Below are positions 7,883 through 18,900 of a stretch of 64,000 nt of DNA, piece after piece. The stretch spans positions 637 to 64,636 of IMG/VR virus record IMGVR_UViG_3300025168_016729; one strand, given 5' to 3'. Under the pieces are notes generated by a model. It made no database searches. It was not told the DNA's origin and saw only the letters and a program-made list of their open reading frames with translations. Source of the stretch: a virus. Taxonomy: Duplodnaviria > Caudoviricetes. The stretch's first letter is position 1. Each line of letters starts with the position of its first letter. A program made the translations under genes and the position numbers.

Positions 7883-10800
7883 TTATGTTTCTTCTGTCGT
7901 TGTATTGGATTTAAATTTAATTCCAAACTGTATTTTTCGCCCCGTATCTCGGGAGGTAAGGCGCACAATAAATTTATTATTTTCCACCTTGTACTCCGAG
8001 CGTTCTATGAAACTTTTTTTACTCTGAACCACGTTGTTGTTACTATCAAAAGTGTTTTGTACATTGCTTTGAATAGCTGCTGCTCTAATTTCTAAGAAAC
8101 GCGCCATCTTTTTTGTAGGAGCACCACTAGAAACATACTTAGGTTCGTACAGATCAATTTGAGGATAATAAGTTCCTCTTTCAAATACTAACTCTACTTG
8201 ATAGATTGGAGTAGGATTAGAAATTTTACCATGCACATCTACAGAACGTGCCGTGTAATAATATTTTTTGTTTGGTTCTAGTGTGTCCATAAAGTCATAA
8301 GACACCGCCCTGTCTTCGGGTGGTACATTATCTGACCGAGAAGTATCCAAAATCTTAATTCTTTTACCATTAAAACTGCGACGATAAAGATCTCTCTCGT
8401 TTGTGGCGTCCTCTATCATATCGCATCGGAAAATCTCTATCCGCTTTACCTCGCTCGCACTTTCTCCAGAAAATTCCAAGTTAGGAGTAGAGAGTGCATA
8501 ATTCTTAAATGTTTTTTGAAAGGTAATGCTAGGTGATATATTATGGACATAATCTTCTTGCTGAATGTCTATCCATGGGATTGCCCGTGGACCAAGAAAA
8601 CTCTCATTACTTGGTTGAAGAGCTATCATTACCTGACGATAATTACCACGCAATGGGGCAACTAAAATTTCTGGTGCAGGTGGTGGTCTGTCATCTACAT
8701 ATACATCAGGAAGAGTCATCCCGAAAAGTCCAGCCTTTTTCCACCCGTCAAAATAAATGGGGTATTCTATAATTTTTGGACTTGGAGCCTTCATTACGCT
8801 CACTGCTACATATATTTGGTCGCGACGGAACTGATCGTCCGCTGAAGGGTCTAGAAACCAGTCTATTGGACGTAATGCAAATTTTGAACCATACACAACA
8901 CTAACACCCATTAATTCGTAACGATAGGGCTTATTATATTTAACCTGAGTATCTACAAATCTAATCACATCCTCCATATTTGTATTGGGGAAATAAAAGT
9001 TTTGCAGAGTCTCATCCGTGATTGCATCCTTTTTAACCAACTTATATAAAATATTTTCAGATTTAGCCGTTTTGTTATCTAATGCATCTTGATAAGATAG
9101 CATATTTTGCACAGCATTATTTTCAATTTGATTCCCAATGGCCTGAAGATTTAGCCTATCTATAAGGCGGGGGCACTGTCCGTTATATCTCTCTCTGGGA
9201 GTGGGAGCATTTTGCTGACCTTCAATTTCAGAATCGGCATTTGTCAGCCACTCTAAAAGACTATAAACTGTACTGAGTGCTTCCGTCCCCTTGCGGCGGT
9301 ACTGTATTCCTTCCCAACTTTGAAAGGACCTAGCGTTATATGAAGCCTGGACCCCAAAAGAATCAGCTTGTGTAAAGAACACTGCCCTGTCATCCCCGTA
9401 ACCAAAACCATTACTATAAAAATACATTCTTTCTGGTGTTGAATTAGTCTTTATCAAAGAGTCCGTCAAAGCAACACTGCTCAGAGTATTTTGTATACTC
9501 CTACCTATCACACCTTGATGAGCAGTTGGAAAGTCTATCCCGATAGTCATGGGAAAAGTTTTACCACGAGGACTTATTTTGCTGTAAATATCCATCTGAG
9601 ATGCAGGGGTTTGAATATTGTAAAAATTCCGAGCTAACTCAGACCTAAAATCTATCACTACTCCAGAGTCATCACCGCCCGAGGGGGTTGCTGCGGACGC
9701 ATACTGATCTAGATAGCTGATGAAGTTTAGGCGGGATTCTTCATTAGTTCCTAGCCGTGGTATAGAAGTTGCCTCAAATTCCCCTAAGGTAATTAATCTA
9801 TCAAAATTATTAGAAATTTCTGCGGCGGTGGTTTCATCGTCTTGCCACTCAGGATTTGCCCCAGGATTATTACCATTTTCTGAAATATAGTCATAGATAT
9901 ACAAATTTGGTAAAATTGCCTCGGGTACTGAATCACTAGCTATAGCTTTCTCATAAGCTTCATGATAATAATTATATTGAGGGTCTATAGTTGAAAAATC
10001 TAATGATCCAGCAAAATCAGAAGGAGCATCAAGCAAGTCTGTAATATAATTGTAGGACAAGTAATCTAAGACAAACTTAGTCTCAGGAGTGAAATCATAA
10101 TATTCTCTAATATAAGCCTGAGGTAAACTAAATCTCCTGTCCTCTACTTGATATTCTAGAGCCTGATCAGTTGTTCGGACTCTTATTTGTCGCCTTAGTT
10201 GGTCATTGGACAGAACCAACTCGGTAAAAGCTGACCACACGTTTTGAATAGTAATGGTTCCGAACTTTCGTTCAAAAGCGGGTGAATAATCGTTATACCC
10301 CAGATATACTGTGGAACCCATTAACGCATACATTATTTCTAAAAAAGTCTGAAGGGGGGCTCGCAAGCCATTACGAGCGTTGCGATAAACTGGCAAACGA
10401 ATAAATTGAACATCATTGCCGGGCTGTAACGTAGAAGGGAAAGGATCATTAAACAGCGTGCTTTTAAATTCATTAAAATCGTGCATAACCGGATTTATGG
10501 GCACCTCAACCCCAGCCCGCTCAATCATTCGGGGGGTTCGGGCATCTTCGGGAACAACACTTTCGTCCCACAGATTTTTGGATCGGTCGGGATCTGGTGG
10601 CAATAATATGGGATATGGAGCAAACACAAGACGTAAAAATTGATCAATTAATCGGTCGGCTTCTGGGTCGCCGACTTTTAACTCCGAGAATGTGCCATAA
10701 ATACTGTCTTGAATTTCCTGTGGCTGATCATCTAGACCCAACGAGGTGTCTGCTGCAACTTGCCGAATAACTCCATGTTGCTCTACAAAATTGGATATTT

Positions 10801-11254
10801 GTCGGGCCATATTATATTGAATGGATTGACGGTCGTCAGAAGGAACTAGAAGTGGAGGATCCGCATAAGTAACCAGTAACTTTTCTTGCGTAGATAAGTT
10901 TTGTGCGTTAGCTGGTTTGATGACCCCGGTTCGGTTAGCCGCAGCCCAACCGTTTAGCTGCACCGGGGTACAGCGAGTAACAGTACGAGAATTAGGATTG
11001 ATACCTTCTGCGCCATGACCTGCATAGGACCATATAAATCGTTCGTAGCTTACATTTTCCCAGCCGAGATCATTATCAGGAGTGGCAACATTTCTTAAGC
11101 TTTGAAGTTTTATATTTTCTTCTGAAAAATCAATTTGTTCAAGGTGATTATCAATATTTAAGTCACGCTGATAGGTATAATAACGATTAAATAGGTCTCG
11201 GCTATCTGGGTCTTTCCGGGTTATCAGAAGTGATGGAGAATAGGGAATGGGCAT
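7883..11254 (-). CDS. Large putative structural protein with FN3/Ig-like C-terminal modules
   Basis: 1123-aa ORF with FVDTQVKYNKPYRYE and FMDTLEPNKKYYYTARSVDVHGKISNPT FN3-type endings. Confidence 0.55.
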   Translation of the reverse strand: MPIPYSPSLLITRKDPDSRDLFNRYYTYQRDLNIDNHLEQIDFSEENIKLQSLRNVATPDNDLGWENVSYERFIWSYAGHGAEGINPNSRTVTRCTPVQLNGWAAANRTGVIKPANAQNLSTQEKLLVTYADPPLLVPSDDRQSIQYNMARQISNFVEQHGVIRQVAADTSLGLDDQPQEIQDSIYGTFSELKVGDPEADRLIDQFLRLVFAPYPILLPPDPDRSKNLWDESVVPEDARTPRMIERAGVEVPINPVMHDFNEFKSTLFNDPFPSTLQPGNDVQFIRLPVYRNARNGLRAPLQTFLEIMYALMGSTVYLGYNDYSPAFERKFGTITIQNVWSAFTELVLSNDQLRRQIRVRTTDQALEYQVEDRRFSLPQAYIREYYDFTPETKFVLDYLSYNYITDLLDAPSDFAGSLDFSTIDPQYNYYHEAYEKAIASDSVPEAILPNLYIYDYISENGNNPGANPEWQDDETTAAEISNNFDRLITLGEFEATSIPRLGTNEESRLNFISYLDQYASAATPSGGDDSGVVIDFRSELARNFYNIQTPASQMDIYSKISPRGKTFPMTIGIDFPTAHQGVIGRSIQNTLSSVALTDSLIKTNSTPERMYFYSNGFGYGDDRAVFFTQADSFGVQASYNARSFQSWEGIQYRRKGTEALSTVYSLLEWLTNADSEIEGQQNAPTPRERYNGQCPRLIDRLNLQAIGNQIENNAVQNMLSYQDALDNKTAKSENILYKLVKKDAITDETLQNFYFPNTNMEDVIRFVDTQVKYNKPYRYELMGVSVVYGSKFALRPIDWFLDPSADDQFRRDQIYVAVSVMKAPSPKIIEYPIYFDGWKKAGLFGMTLPDVYVDDRPPPAPEILVAPLRGNYRQVMIALQPSNESFLGPRAIPWIDIQQEDYVHNISPSITFQKTFKNYALSTPNLEFSGESASEVKRIEIFRCDMIEDATNERDLYRRSFNGKRIKILDTSRSDNVPPEDRAVSYDFMDTLEPNKKYYYTARSVDVHGKISNPTPIYQVELVFERGTYYPQIDLYEPKYVSSGAPTKKMARFLEIRAAAIQSNVQNTFDSNNNVVQSKKSFIERSEYKVENNKFIVRLTSRDTGRKIQFGIKFKSNTTTEET

Positions 11255-11257
11255 ATA

Positions 11258-14200
11258 TTAACCCCCCTGTTCCATCTGTTGCAGTTCCGTTTTGGTATCC
11301 AATTTAAGGCTAGGTCCTACACAAAAATATCTATGGTATATAGGTAAATTTAATAATTCAGGAACATTCAGGCATTTTGCCAATCTTTCCAACTGGACTC
11401 TTTGGCTCGGCAAACTTTCTGAATCTCCCAGCATTTCGTTATAATCAACTATTCCTATTCTACAGAGAATATGGTTTTGCTTGTTTGATGCAACATCAGG
11501 ATCTAGTCGCATCACTGAATCAAAAACCTCCTTCGTCAGTATTCGCCAAACTGGCATAGAAGGCTTGTTACCATTTATCAATTCATCACTATCTTGGAAT
11601 CGTACTGGTCCTACCGTACTTCCGAATCCATCCAAATATTCAACCTTAATCAGTTGTTTGAAATTCATCCACAGGCTTAAAAATTTAGAATATACTTGCA
11701 TAGGATCATATACCATAGAAAATGGAGGATTTCCATTTATGTTATCTTCATTATGATAACTAATGGCATTAGAAAACCTATCTACGGCATCATGATCGTA
11801 TAACACAGATCTTTTTATGTTAAAAGAATTATTTATTTTTATTTCTTGGTCCGAAAATGCTATAGCCAGCATAGCCTTTAATTGATTGGGTAGGTGAGCA
11901 AGTCTCCCAGGCGTTTCTTGTGGGGTAAAATTGATGTCTTCTTCTACAGTTTGAGATGTTACTCCGAGAATCTGCCCCAAGGAACGCATGTTGTTCAGAG
12001 GGTTATCCTGGAACGCATGGAAATCTATAGTATTATCAAATTCTAGTTCTCCCAAAATTCCAAAAGTTAATTTAAGAGGAGGATTCTGATCTTTAGGAAC
12101 ATGGTTAAAAATATCGTTTTCCTCTAGAGACTCCGTATTTTTTTCATCCTGGAGATATTGATCAGTTATTGTATCGTAATATGTGGTAGTTAGCGACGAC
12201 TGGTCGCCACGTCCACCTAGAATAGTTTGTGGTACTGGAATTCTTTCTGGTAGAGTTAGTCCTCCCGCTCTAGCCAAGTCTTCTTGTTGGTCCGTAAGTC
12301 CTGTCAAAGGATTTACTTGATCACTAAAGTACTTAGGAGTAGGGACCTCAAACTGTTTTATTACTGTTGTGCTTATATTACAAGAATATTCTTCATCTAA
12401 TATTCCCAACAATGAGTTATAAGTCTGCCTTGACGGGGTATCAAAACTCATCTCGTCTGTATTGTTGTAAAAAACAAAGTTTAGGTATTCCATTCCATAG
12501 TAAGATTTAAACAATTGAGAAAATAAATCGCTATATTTATTTAAATCCAGGTTCAATAATGACTCCTGTGCCTGGTTGGTATTAATCTGAGAAACTCCAC
12601 CTTTTTCTTTCTTATATTCGGGACAAAAAATGTAAGCTGGAGTTAGGTACTGATACGAGGGCTCCTGGGCAGATCCTCCTTGCAGGAATGGTTGGCTTGG
12701 TGCAACATTATCGCCAGGGCTTGCATAGAAATATTTATTAAATTCGCTGCGGAGGCGTTGCTGGAATCTATCCCGGTGGATGCGCCCTAGTCCAACAGTG
12801 TTTGCGACTTCTTCTTCATCACTTACCACATAGCTGTATCCTAAGCCATTCTTATATCCAAAACTATGAAGCTGATCAAATTGATTTTTATGGTAGAGAA
12901 TAGGAAAACCATTTTCATAAACGCCTTTTTGGTATAACAAGCTGCTTTTATCACTTCCTTCGCCCTGGGACCCATATTGTATTGTGTGATAAACATCAGC
13001 CGTAACCGCTAAATTTGTTTCTAAGACCTCAATAGTTCTGATAATTTCTTGAAGATCTTCTGGGACTCCTGAATCTAATAGTTTAAACAAGAGATTTCTT
13101 AAATGTACCACTGGAGATACTCCAGAATGAACGAAGGGTATAAGCCTGAACAACTGAACATATTCTAAGTAAGGATTGATAGAGTTTTGGGTTATCCAAA
13201 CACGGGCATTAGATCCGTTGTAAGGAATTTCATTAATAGGCCTGTTTAGACGTCGTGTTACGGAATCAAAGTAGCCAAAAGTTGGATCCAACAAGAAGTG
13301 GAGCAAGCGGTTAAATTCACTTTTTGCTTCTTGAATATCTTTTAGCGCCTTAAGGAGGAATATTTTAGACATGTCTTTGACTTCCACCTCAGATGCATAA
13401 CGATATATTCCTGGTCTTTCCGGCTTATCTGATATATTATGATAGGCTAACTTAGATTTTTGATTTAGAAAATCATCAGTTCCTTCATAAAATAAATTTC
13501 CGAATAACGGTGGGGAATCTAGAACAGGAAAAGATGGAAGGTAAAGAGAAGTCTCTGAAGGAGTACGAATATAAGTTTGTGGATATGTAAAGCTAGATTG
13601 TTCAAGTTTTAACCTGAGGTCTGTTCCAAGATTATTATTCTCAATATATGATAGTGGCTTGACGAACTGACGTGACATGCGAACACTGTTTACCTCAGAG
13701 CGATATGTCTCCCCGTTATATTCAAATCCATTCAATAATTTTTCTGCTATGTCCTTGTTGGCATACAACATTGGAAACTGAGATCTTTCTAATAGAAAAT
13801 TAATTAAACTAAACGAAAACATATAGCGTGCATTTTCATTTATATCTTTTGTTATCCAAAGATCTGAAAAGCTATCATCTTTAAGTATTAACTTTCCAGT
13901 GTCCGATCTCTCCAAGGAAGATCCGTCGCGAGATTGAAACACATTGTCATGTAGGTTAAAAAGTTCTGCGGAGTAGTCGGGAAAACTCTGAAGCCGCATG
14001 TCTTGCAGAAGTCCAGCATCAGGAGACTGGTTAACTTGTTCTAATATACGCGAAGTAAAGGGTGTCTCTTCAGTTATAGGACGATATAAATATTGATTTC
14101 CTATAATAGTTGCATGTGTGGTTCTTCCTACTCCAGTTACCAGTGTAGTATGAAGTGTATTTTCGTCGGGCTCAAAATCATAGTTAGTAAGAAAATTATC

Positions 14201-15025
14201 ATAATCTAAATATATGAACGCATAAACACTCATATTGTTTATTTCATTATTAAGATACCCTACATCAGTATCAGGCCCGATAACCATCTCTATGGGTGGT
14301 AAAAACACCTCTTCAAAAACGATGTCTCGGGTACCCTCTTCAAAGTTTGGTGACACTTCAGTTATTCTTCGTCGTTTAATCTCACCTTCCGCATCACGGG
14401 GCAGAATATCCGAAAGAGGTTGATCATATAATATAAGATCATCCATTAATTCCGCTTCACGTCCTGGGATTCCCCCATAAGACTTATAACTCCGAGGAAT
14501 AAAAGCTAAGGCATCGCTGCTGTCATAAGGGCGATATATGTTAGATTGATTACTGTCCCCAATAAGATATTGACCATTCTCTAGAGAGTAGTTTTGTCCA
14601 TTTATTATTGACGAATTATATATCAGCCCTTCTTTTATCTTCTTTACAAACAAAGTAGGATTTACTTCAATATTGTCAGGCGTAGAAAAAGAGCCGCTAA
14701 AGTGCAGATACTCGTTCATGCGCTGAGAAATATAATCTAAACTACTTGGATTACGAGGACTTAAACAAGTCACTACTCTTATGCGAAGGAGGCTTAAAAT
14801 ATCTTCTTGCTGGTACCATGGATGAGCAGCAGCCGAAATCTGTTCCCGAAGACTACAATTGATAGATATCTGGGTGCTGATTTCTTCGGGATTTTCTAGC
14901 GACGTGAGGTTTCCATAGCCTGAACCTGATATAAAACGTAACTCAGGATTTCCCACAGTTCTTAAAGTTATATTATCAAATTTAATCTCTGGGAATATGT
15001 CTCCTACTAAACATCTTGTAGCCAT
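11258..15025 (-). CDS. Large hypothetical protein in the baseplate module
   Basis: 1255-aa ORF, translationally coupled to its neighbours; no recognisable catalytic motif. Confidence 0.5.
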   Translation of the reverse strand: MATRCLVGDIFPEIKFDNITLRTVGNPELRFISGSGYGNLTSLENPEEISTQISINCSLREQISAAAHPWYQQEDILSLLRIRVVTCLSPRNPSSLDYISQRMNEYLHFSGSFSTPDNIEVNPTLFVKKIKEGLIYNSSIINGQNYSLENGQYLIGDSNQSNIYRPYDSSDALAFIPRSYKSYGGIPGREAELMDDLILYDQPLSDILPRDAEGEIKRRRITEVSPNFEEGTRDIVFEEVFLPPIEMVIGPDTDVGYLNNEINNMSVYAFIYLDYDNFLTNYDFEPDENTLHTTLVTGVGRTTHATIIGNQYLYRPITEETPFTSRILEQVNQSPDAGLLQDMRLQSFPDYSAELFNLHDNVFQSRDGSSLERSDTGKLILKDDSFSDLWITKDINENARYMFSFSLINFLLERSQFPMLYANKDIAEKLLNGFEYNGETYRSEVNSVRMSRQFVKPLSYIENNNLGTDLRLKLEQSSFTYPQTYIRTPSETSLYLPSFPVLDSPPLFGNLFYEGTDDFLNQKSKLAYHNISDKPERPGIYRYASEVEVKDMSKIFLLKALKDIQEAKSEFNRLLHFLLDPTFGYFDSVTRRLNRPINEIPYNGSNARVWITQNSINPYLEYVQLFRLIPFVHSGVSPVVHLRNLLFKLLDSGVPEDLQEIIRTIEVLETNLAVTADVYHTIQYGSQGEGSDKSSLLYQKGVYENGFPILYHKNQFDQLHSFGYKNGLGYSYVVSDEEEVANTVGLGRIHRDRFQQRLRSEFNKYFYASPGDNVAPSQPFLQGGSAQEPSYQYLTPAYIFCPEYKKEKGGVSQINTNQAQESLLNLDLNKYSDLFSQLFKSYYGMEYLNFVFYNNTDEMSFDTPSRQTYNSLLGILDEEYSCNISTTVIKQFEVPTPKYFSDQVNPLTGLTDQQEDLARAGGLTLPERIPVPQTILGGRGDQSSLTTTYYDTITDQYLQDEKNTESLEENDIFNHVPKDQNPPLKLTFGILGELEFDNTIDFHAFQDNPLNNMRSLGQILGVTSQTVEEDINFTPQETPGRLAHLPNQLKAMLAIAFSDQEIKINNSFNIKRSVLYDHDAVDRFSNAISYHNEDNINGNPPFSMVYDPMQVYSKFLSLWMNFKQLIKVEYLDGFGSTVGPVRFQDSDELINGNKPSMPVWRILTKEVFDSVMRLDPDVASNKQNHILCRIGIVDYNEMLGDSESLPSQRVQLERLAKCLNVPELLNLPIYHRYFCVGPSLKLDTKTELQQMEQGG

Positions 15026-15936
15026 TAGTAATCACCTCCCAGTGTTTGTACATCTGAACAAATAATAGAAGGAGTATTTTCATCTGTGTTATAAAGAGCA
15101 GGTCGCAAGATTGGAGGAGCATCAATTATTTCATTATCTACCCTTACACTTAGATAATATTCTACATAACTTTCATCCAATAAGGGAAAATTTTCTCTTT
15201 GTGCTATTTCATCCCCAGATAACAGAGTCAAATATGAATATGGGCTCTCGCTTTGATCCGACAGGTCTTGGGCTGCATAAGAGTCAGAATTGATAAATTC
15301 AAGAGACTCAATCTCGTCTTCATTATCAGGATTAGGAACCCTAAATATTTCTATATCATAGTTTCCATTAAGTTTGAAAATGGTATTTAATTCTTGAATG
15401 TCTAAAACAAAACGATCAGATTCTTGTAAAGCATAAATTGGAACAGGAGGTTCGGAGTTTTGTAAAGGAAATTCTTCATAATTAATACTTAATGTACTGG
15501 CACTTAGAGTAGGTATTGTATGTCCTGCTTGGTAATGGTATGACCCCGTTAGCAAAACCGAATCATTAATTAGATTTATAGACCAGGCTGGCTTAAATTC
15601 TCGCCAGGGGCTGTTTTTGCCCATGGGGCGAAGAAAATTAACACTAGAACTCAAAGGTGTCTGAAAAGGGTCATGATACAGATTTACTGTACGAACTTGA
15701 GCATTGGAAGAAGTGAAATTTACTAAAGGCTTAAGATACGGGGTCCCGTTTTTAATACGGGTTACAATATTATTTTGAGGCTCTATAATTCCCCCATATT
15801 CTCCGTCGTATAAAATATCATTGTCATAAAAAGAATAGAAAGAAGGTCGGAAATGACCTTCAGAAAACAAATGCTTACCATAGGGAGTAAGCTCTATGTT
15901 TATAACTTCCTCTTTATTATTAAAAAATGTGGTCAT
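15025..15936 (-). CDS. Virion baseplate protein
   Basis: N-terminal FFNNKEEVINIELTPYGKHLFSEG.F.P.FYSFYD.DILYD parallels the N-terminus of 6797..7816. Confidence 0.55.
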   Translation of the reverse strand: MTTFFNNKEEVINIELTPYGKHLFSEGHFRPSFYSFYDNDILYDGEYGGIIEPQNNIVTRIKNGTPYLKPLVNFTSSNAQVRTVNLYHDPFQTPLSSSVNFLRPMGKNSPWREFKPAWSINLINDSVLLTGSYHYQAGHTIPTLSASTLSINYEEFPLQNSEPPVPIYALQESDRFVLDIQELNTIFKLNGNYDIEIFRVPNPDNEDEIESLEFINSDSYAAQDLSDQSESPYSYLTLLSGDEIAQRENFPLLDESYVEYYLSVRVDNEIIDAPPILRPALYNTDENTPSIICSDVQTLGGDY

Positions 15937-15954
15937 AACTTAATTACTCTTCTC

Positions 15955-18900
15955 TTAGGAATTTCCATCATTTTGGTTGTTAATGAGACCTGCAATAGCA
16001 TTAGGAGCCAGTCCAACACTGTCTTGGACTGGATTATTAGCTAAATCAAGCCTAGCTTCTTGAACTTCGTCTAATTCTGCATTCTCTTTAGCCAAGTCTG
16101 GTCTAAAGCCTAGTTTTGTTGTAATCTTGTCTAACTCTATTAATGAAAAATAATCATATGGCCAATTATAAGTCGGGTCATTGACTGCATTATTGTCAGC
16201 ATAAGACATAATTGACATAACCGATCTTAATCCTAAGATTCTTTCCTCCGAGGCTCTAGATAAAGGTCCCTGCTCTAGTCTATCTATGGCTGCTTGATAG
16301 GGATCAAAATCATACCCATTCACCTCTTTAGTAATCAGCTTGTCATAGGACTTCAATCCTCTTCTCTTAACCTTAAATACAAACCACTTTATATCTACAT
16401 TAAATCCATCTTTACTTGGCAGATTAGAAATATCTAATAGGTCAACCCTTGGGTGACCAGTCCTGGGGATGTTAAGCTCTATCTGTTTTTGGATTATTTC
16501 AGGAAATATTAGTGGATCTTCTTCTACTTTTTCCCCTGGCATATAATGATCTATAGCCGTTACATCCATTTTCAATGAGGTTCCAGCCTCTGGGGCAAGT
16601 CCCTGCCAAATATCTGCTAAGTCTTGACGACTCAAAGATACTCCATGCTCCATCATATAGACAACAGGCGTCTCAATAAGTTCTACATTTGCTAAAGTGC
16701 TGTCGTAATCATCTCCTCCGAAAGGATTTATAAAAGAAGATACCCTTGGATAAGTAGAGGGAAGAAGAGGAGCTAATCGCATTGCTAGAGAAGGAGGAAG
16801 AGAATAGTTGGTGAATGTACGTCGGAACTCTTTTATCTTGGGTCCCAACTCAGTTGGAGAGGCTTTTAGCGTCATAAATTTAGGCTTGTTCGCGGCGTCC
16901 ATATAGAATGGCATCGCTATCACTGCTTCGCTAATTATCTTTTCATCAGACTCTCCTAATACACCGAGCCTTTTTGCCTTTTGAGACTCAAAAGTTCCTC
17001 GCATAATTTCACCAGGATCAAACCCAACCAAGTCGCCCAACGAACCAATTGTTCTTCCAGATTCTATTACCCACTTCGGAACTTTTCTCATCTCTATCTG
17101 TTGTCCGGTAGAATTAGTGGCTCCTAAGGTTGGATCACCTACTAAACGCAACTCAGTCTCTTTTAAGCTAACATCTTTAATATAGAGAAAGACTCCTTCA
17201 TTTTCTTGAGGCATTATTCCATACTGGTGCCACATTCCATAAGTCCCTGCCTGAGAACTATCAAAGTCTCCTAATTCTACAGACGAGGAAAAGTTATATT
17301 TTCCGGCTGTAGTAGCTGAAGACCAGTTTGGAAAATCAAGAATCGGACATTCCCACTTAGGCATGATTACCCACTTATTTGGATCTACAGGGGTAGTAGC
17401 TCCATTTTCTAATGGGAAAATATTAGTTAAACTTACACTAGCGTCTATATCCATGCGATTCTGCCAGGCACGGTTCCACCCATAGGGAGGAGTAGCTGTG
17501 GTACTTTGTGTGTTCCCATTTAAATCTAAGTATGAGCCAATATCAAAGTCATAATAGCTTCCGCTTTCATTAAGAAATTCAATTGTAGTATCCTGGGCGG
17601 CATTTCCAATTATTTCATTGAGAGTATAGTTTCTACTATCTTTTGGAGCAAACGTAATACGAGCTACGCTAGTACCATAATAATAAGGAGGGGTGAATGG
17701 AGCAAATTCTCCATAGTGATCTGGCCAAGTTGAACCACTGGGGCGTTGAGCGCCTTTAGCCCCTAAATTACCGGAGGTATACAAAGCCCATCCAGAAGAT
17801 CCAGTTGCAGTAGGAACACCAAACGCATATGGATTATTGTAAAGATTAAACTTATCAGTCTTTGATAAGCAGATTTCCATCATGTATGCAGTTTGACCAT
17901 CGGCATATACCTGTGCTGCACTTGGTACCGATGAATTATCAGCAGACGAGTCCGACGAATTAGAAGATTTGCCAAACCGAGAGACAAACTTAGTCAAAAA
18001 ACCGTCTGAGCCATTCAAGTTTGTCTTATGGGATAAGAAGAACTCAGGCACAGACGCTAAAAAGTTGGACATACCCTTACGATAAAGCGGGGACCCCTCC
18101 TTCAAGGACCCGCTCACATCATTGAAAATTACTTCATTTATATCTGACAGAACAGTGGCGTCACGAGAATTTCCTAAATAATTATCTGGAGATAAAAGAG
18201 CCTCAAATGGAAGACGATCAGCCCACATAAACTTATTAACATTATTGACACTAAAGTCAAAAGAGTTCTGTCCCACCGTAGCTGGGTTGTTCCCTGAGAA
18301 TCTGCGATTGTTACCCGGTATTTGTCCAGCCGTAGGACTGATTAAGGTCCCACTCAAAGCCCCATCTAATATAAGACTAGCAGTCATTGGTAAGAACTGG
18401 TCTTCATTTTTTCCGATTCTTCTAACAGGATAATCTACTGCAATTCCTGATTTAATAGAGTTGTATATGATCCCAGGAGCAAAGTATGGACGCAACATGC
18501 TTCTCATTGCTTGTGTTGAGGATCCAGAAACTCCGGTAAAACTAAAGGAATATGAGGAAGAAAAAAGTGTTGCAAGTTGCAAGGTGCGGTTTACAGGATA
18601 GAACCCTTCATATGGCAGTAGTTTTAAGACTGCATCTGACTTTATTTCAAAGTGACGAGGATAATTATTAAAAGAAAAGTCTAAAGTATCTTTAGCCATA
18701 AATGGATTTAAATATTCTATATTATCACTATTGACGTATCGTTCAAAGAAAGTTGGACTAGACGAGTCATAAGTAGTATTATTCGCCCCAGTTAGTGATA
18801 ACGTTGATGAAACCAGTGAAAAGGCGTCTCCATTGTTTTCATAAGTTTGTAAGTGCTCACTCATCCGATACTCAGGTACGATGGTATATTCTTGTCCTTT

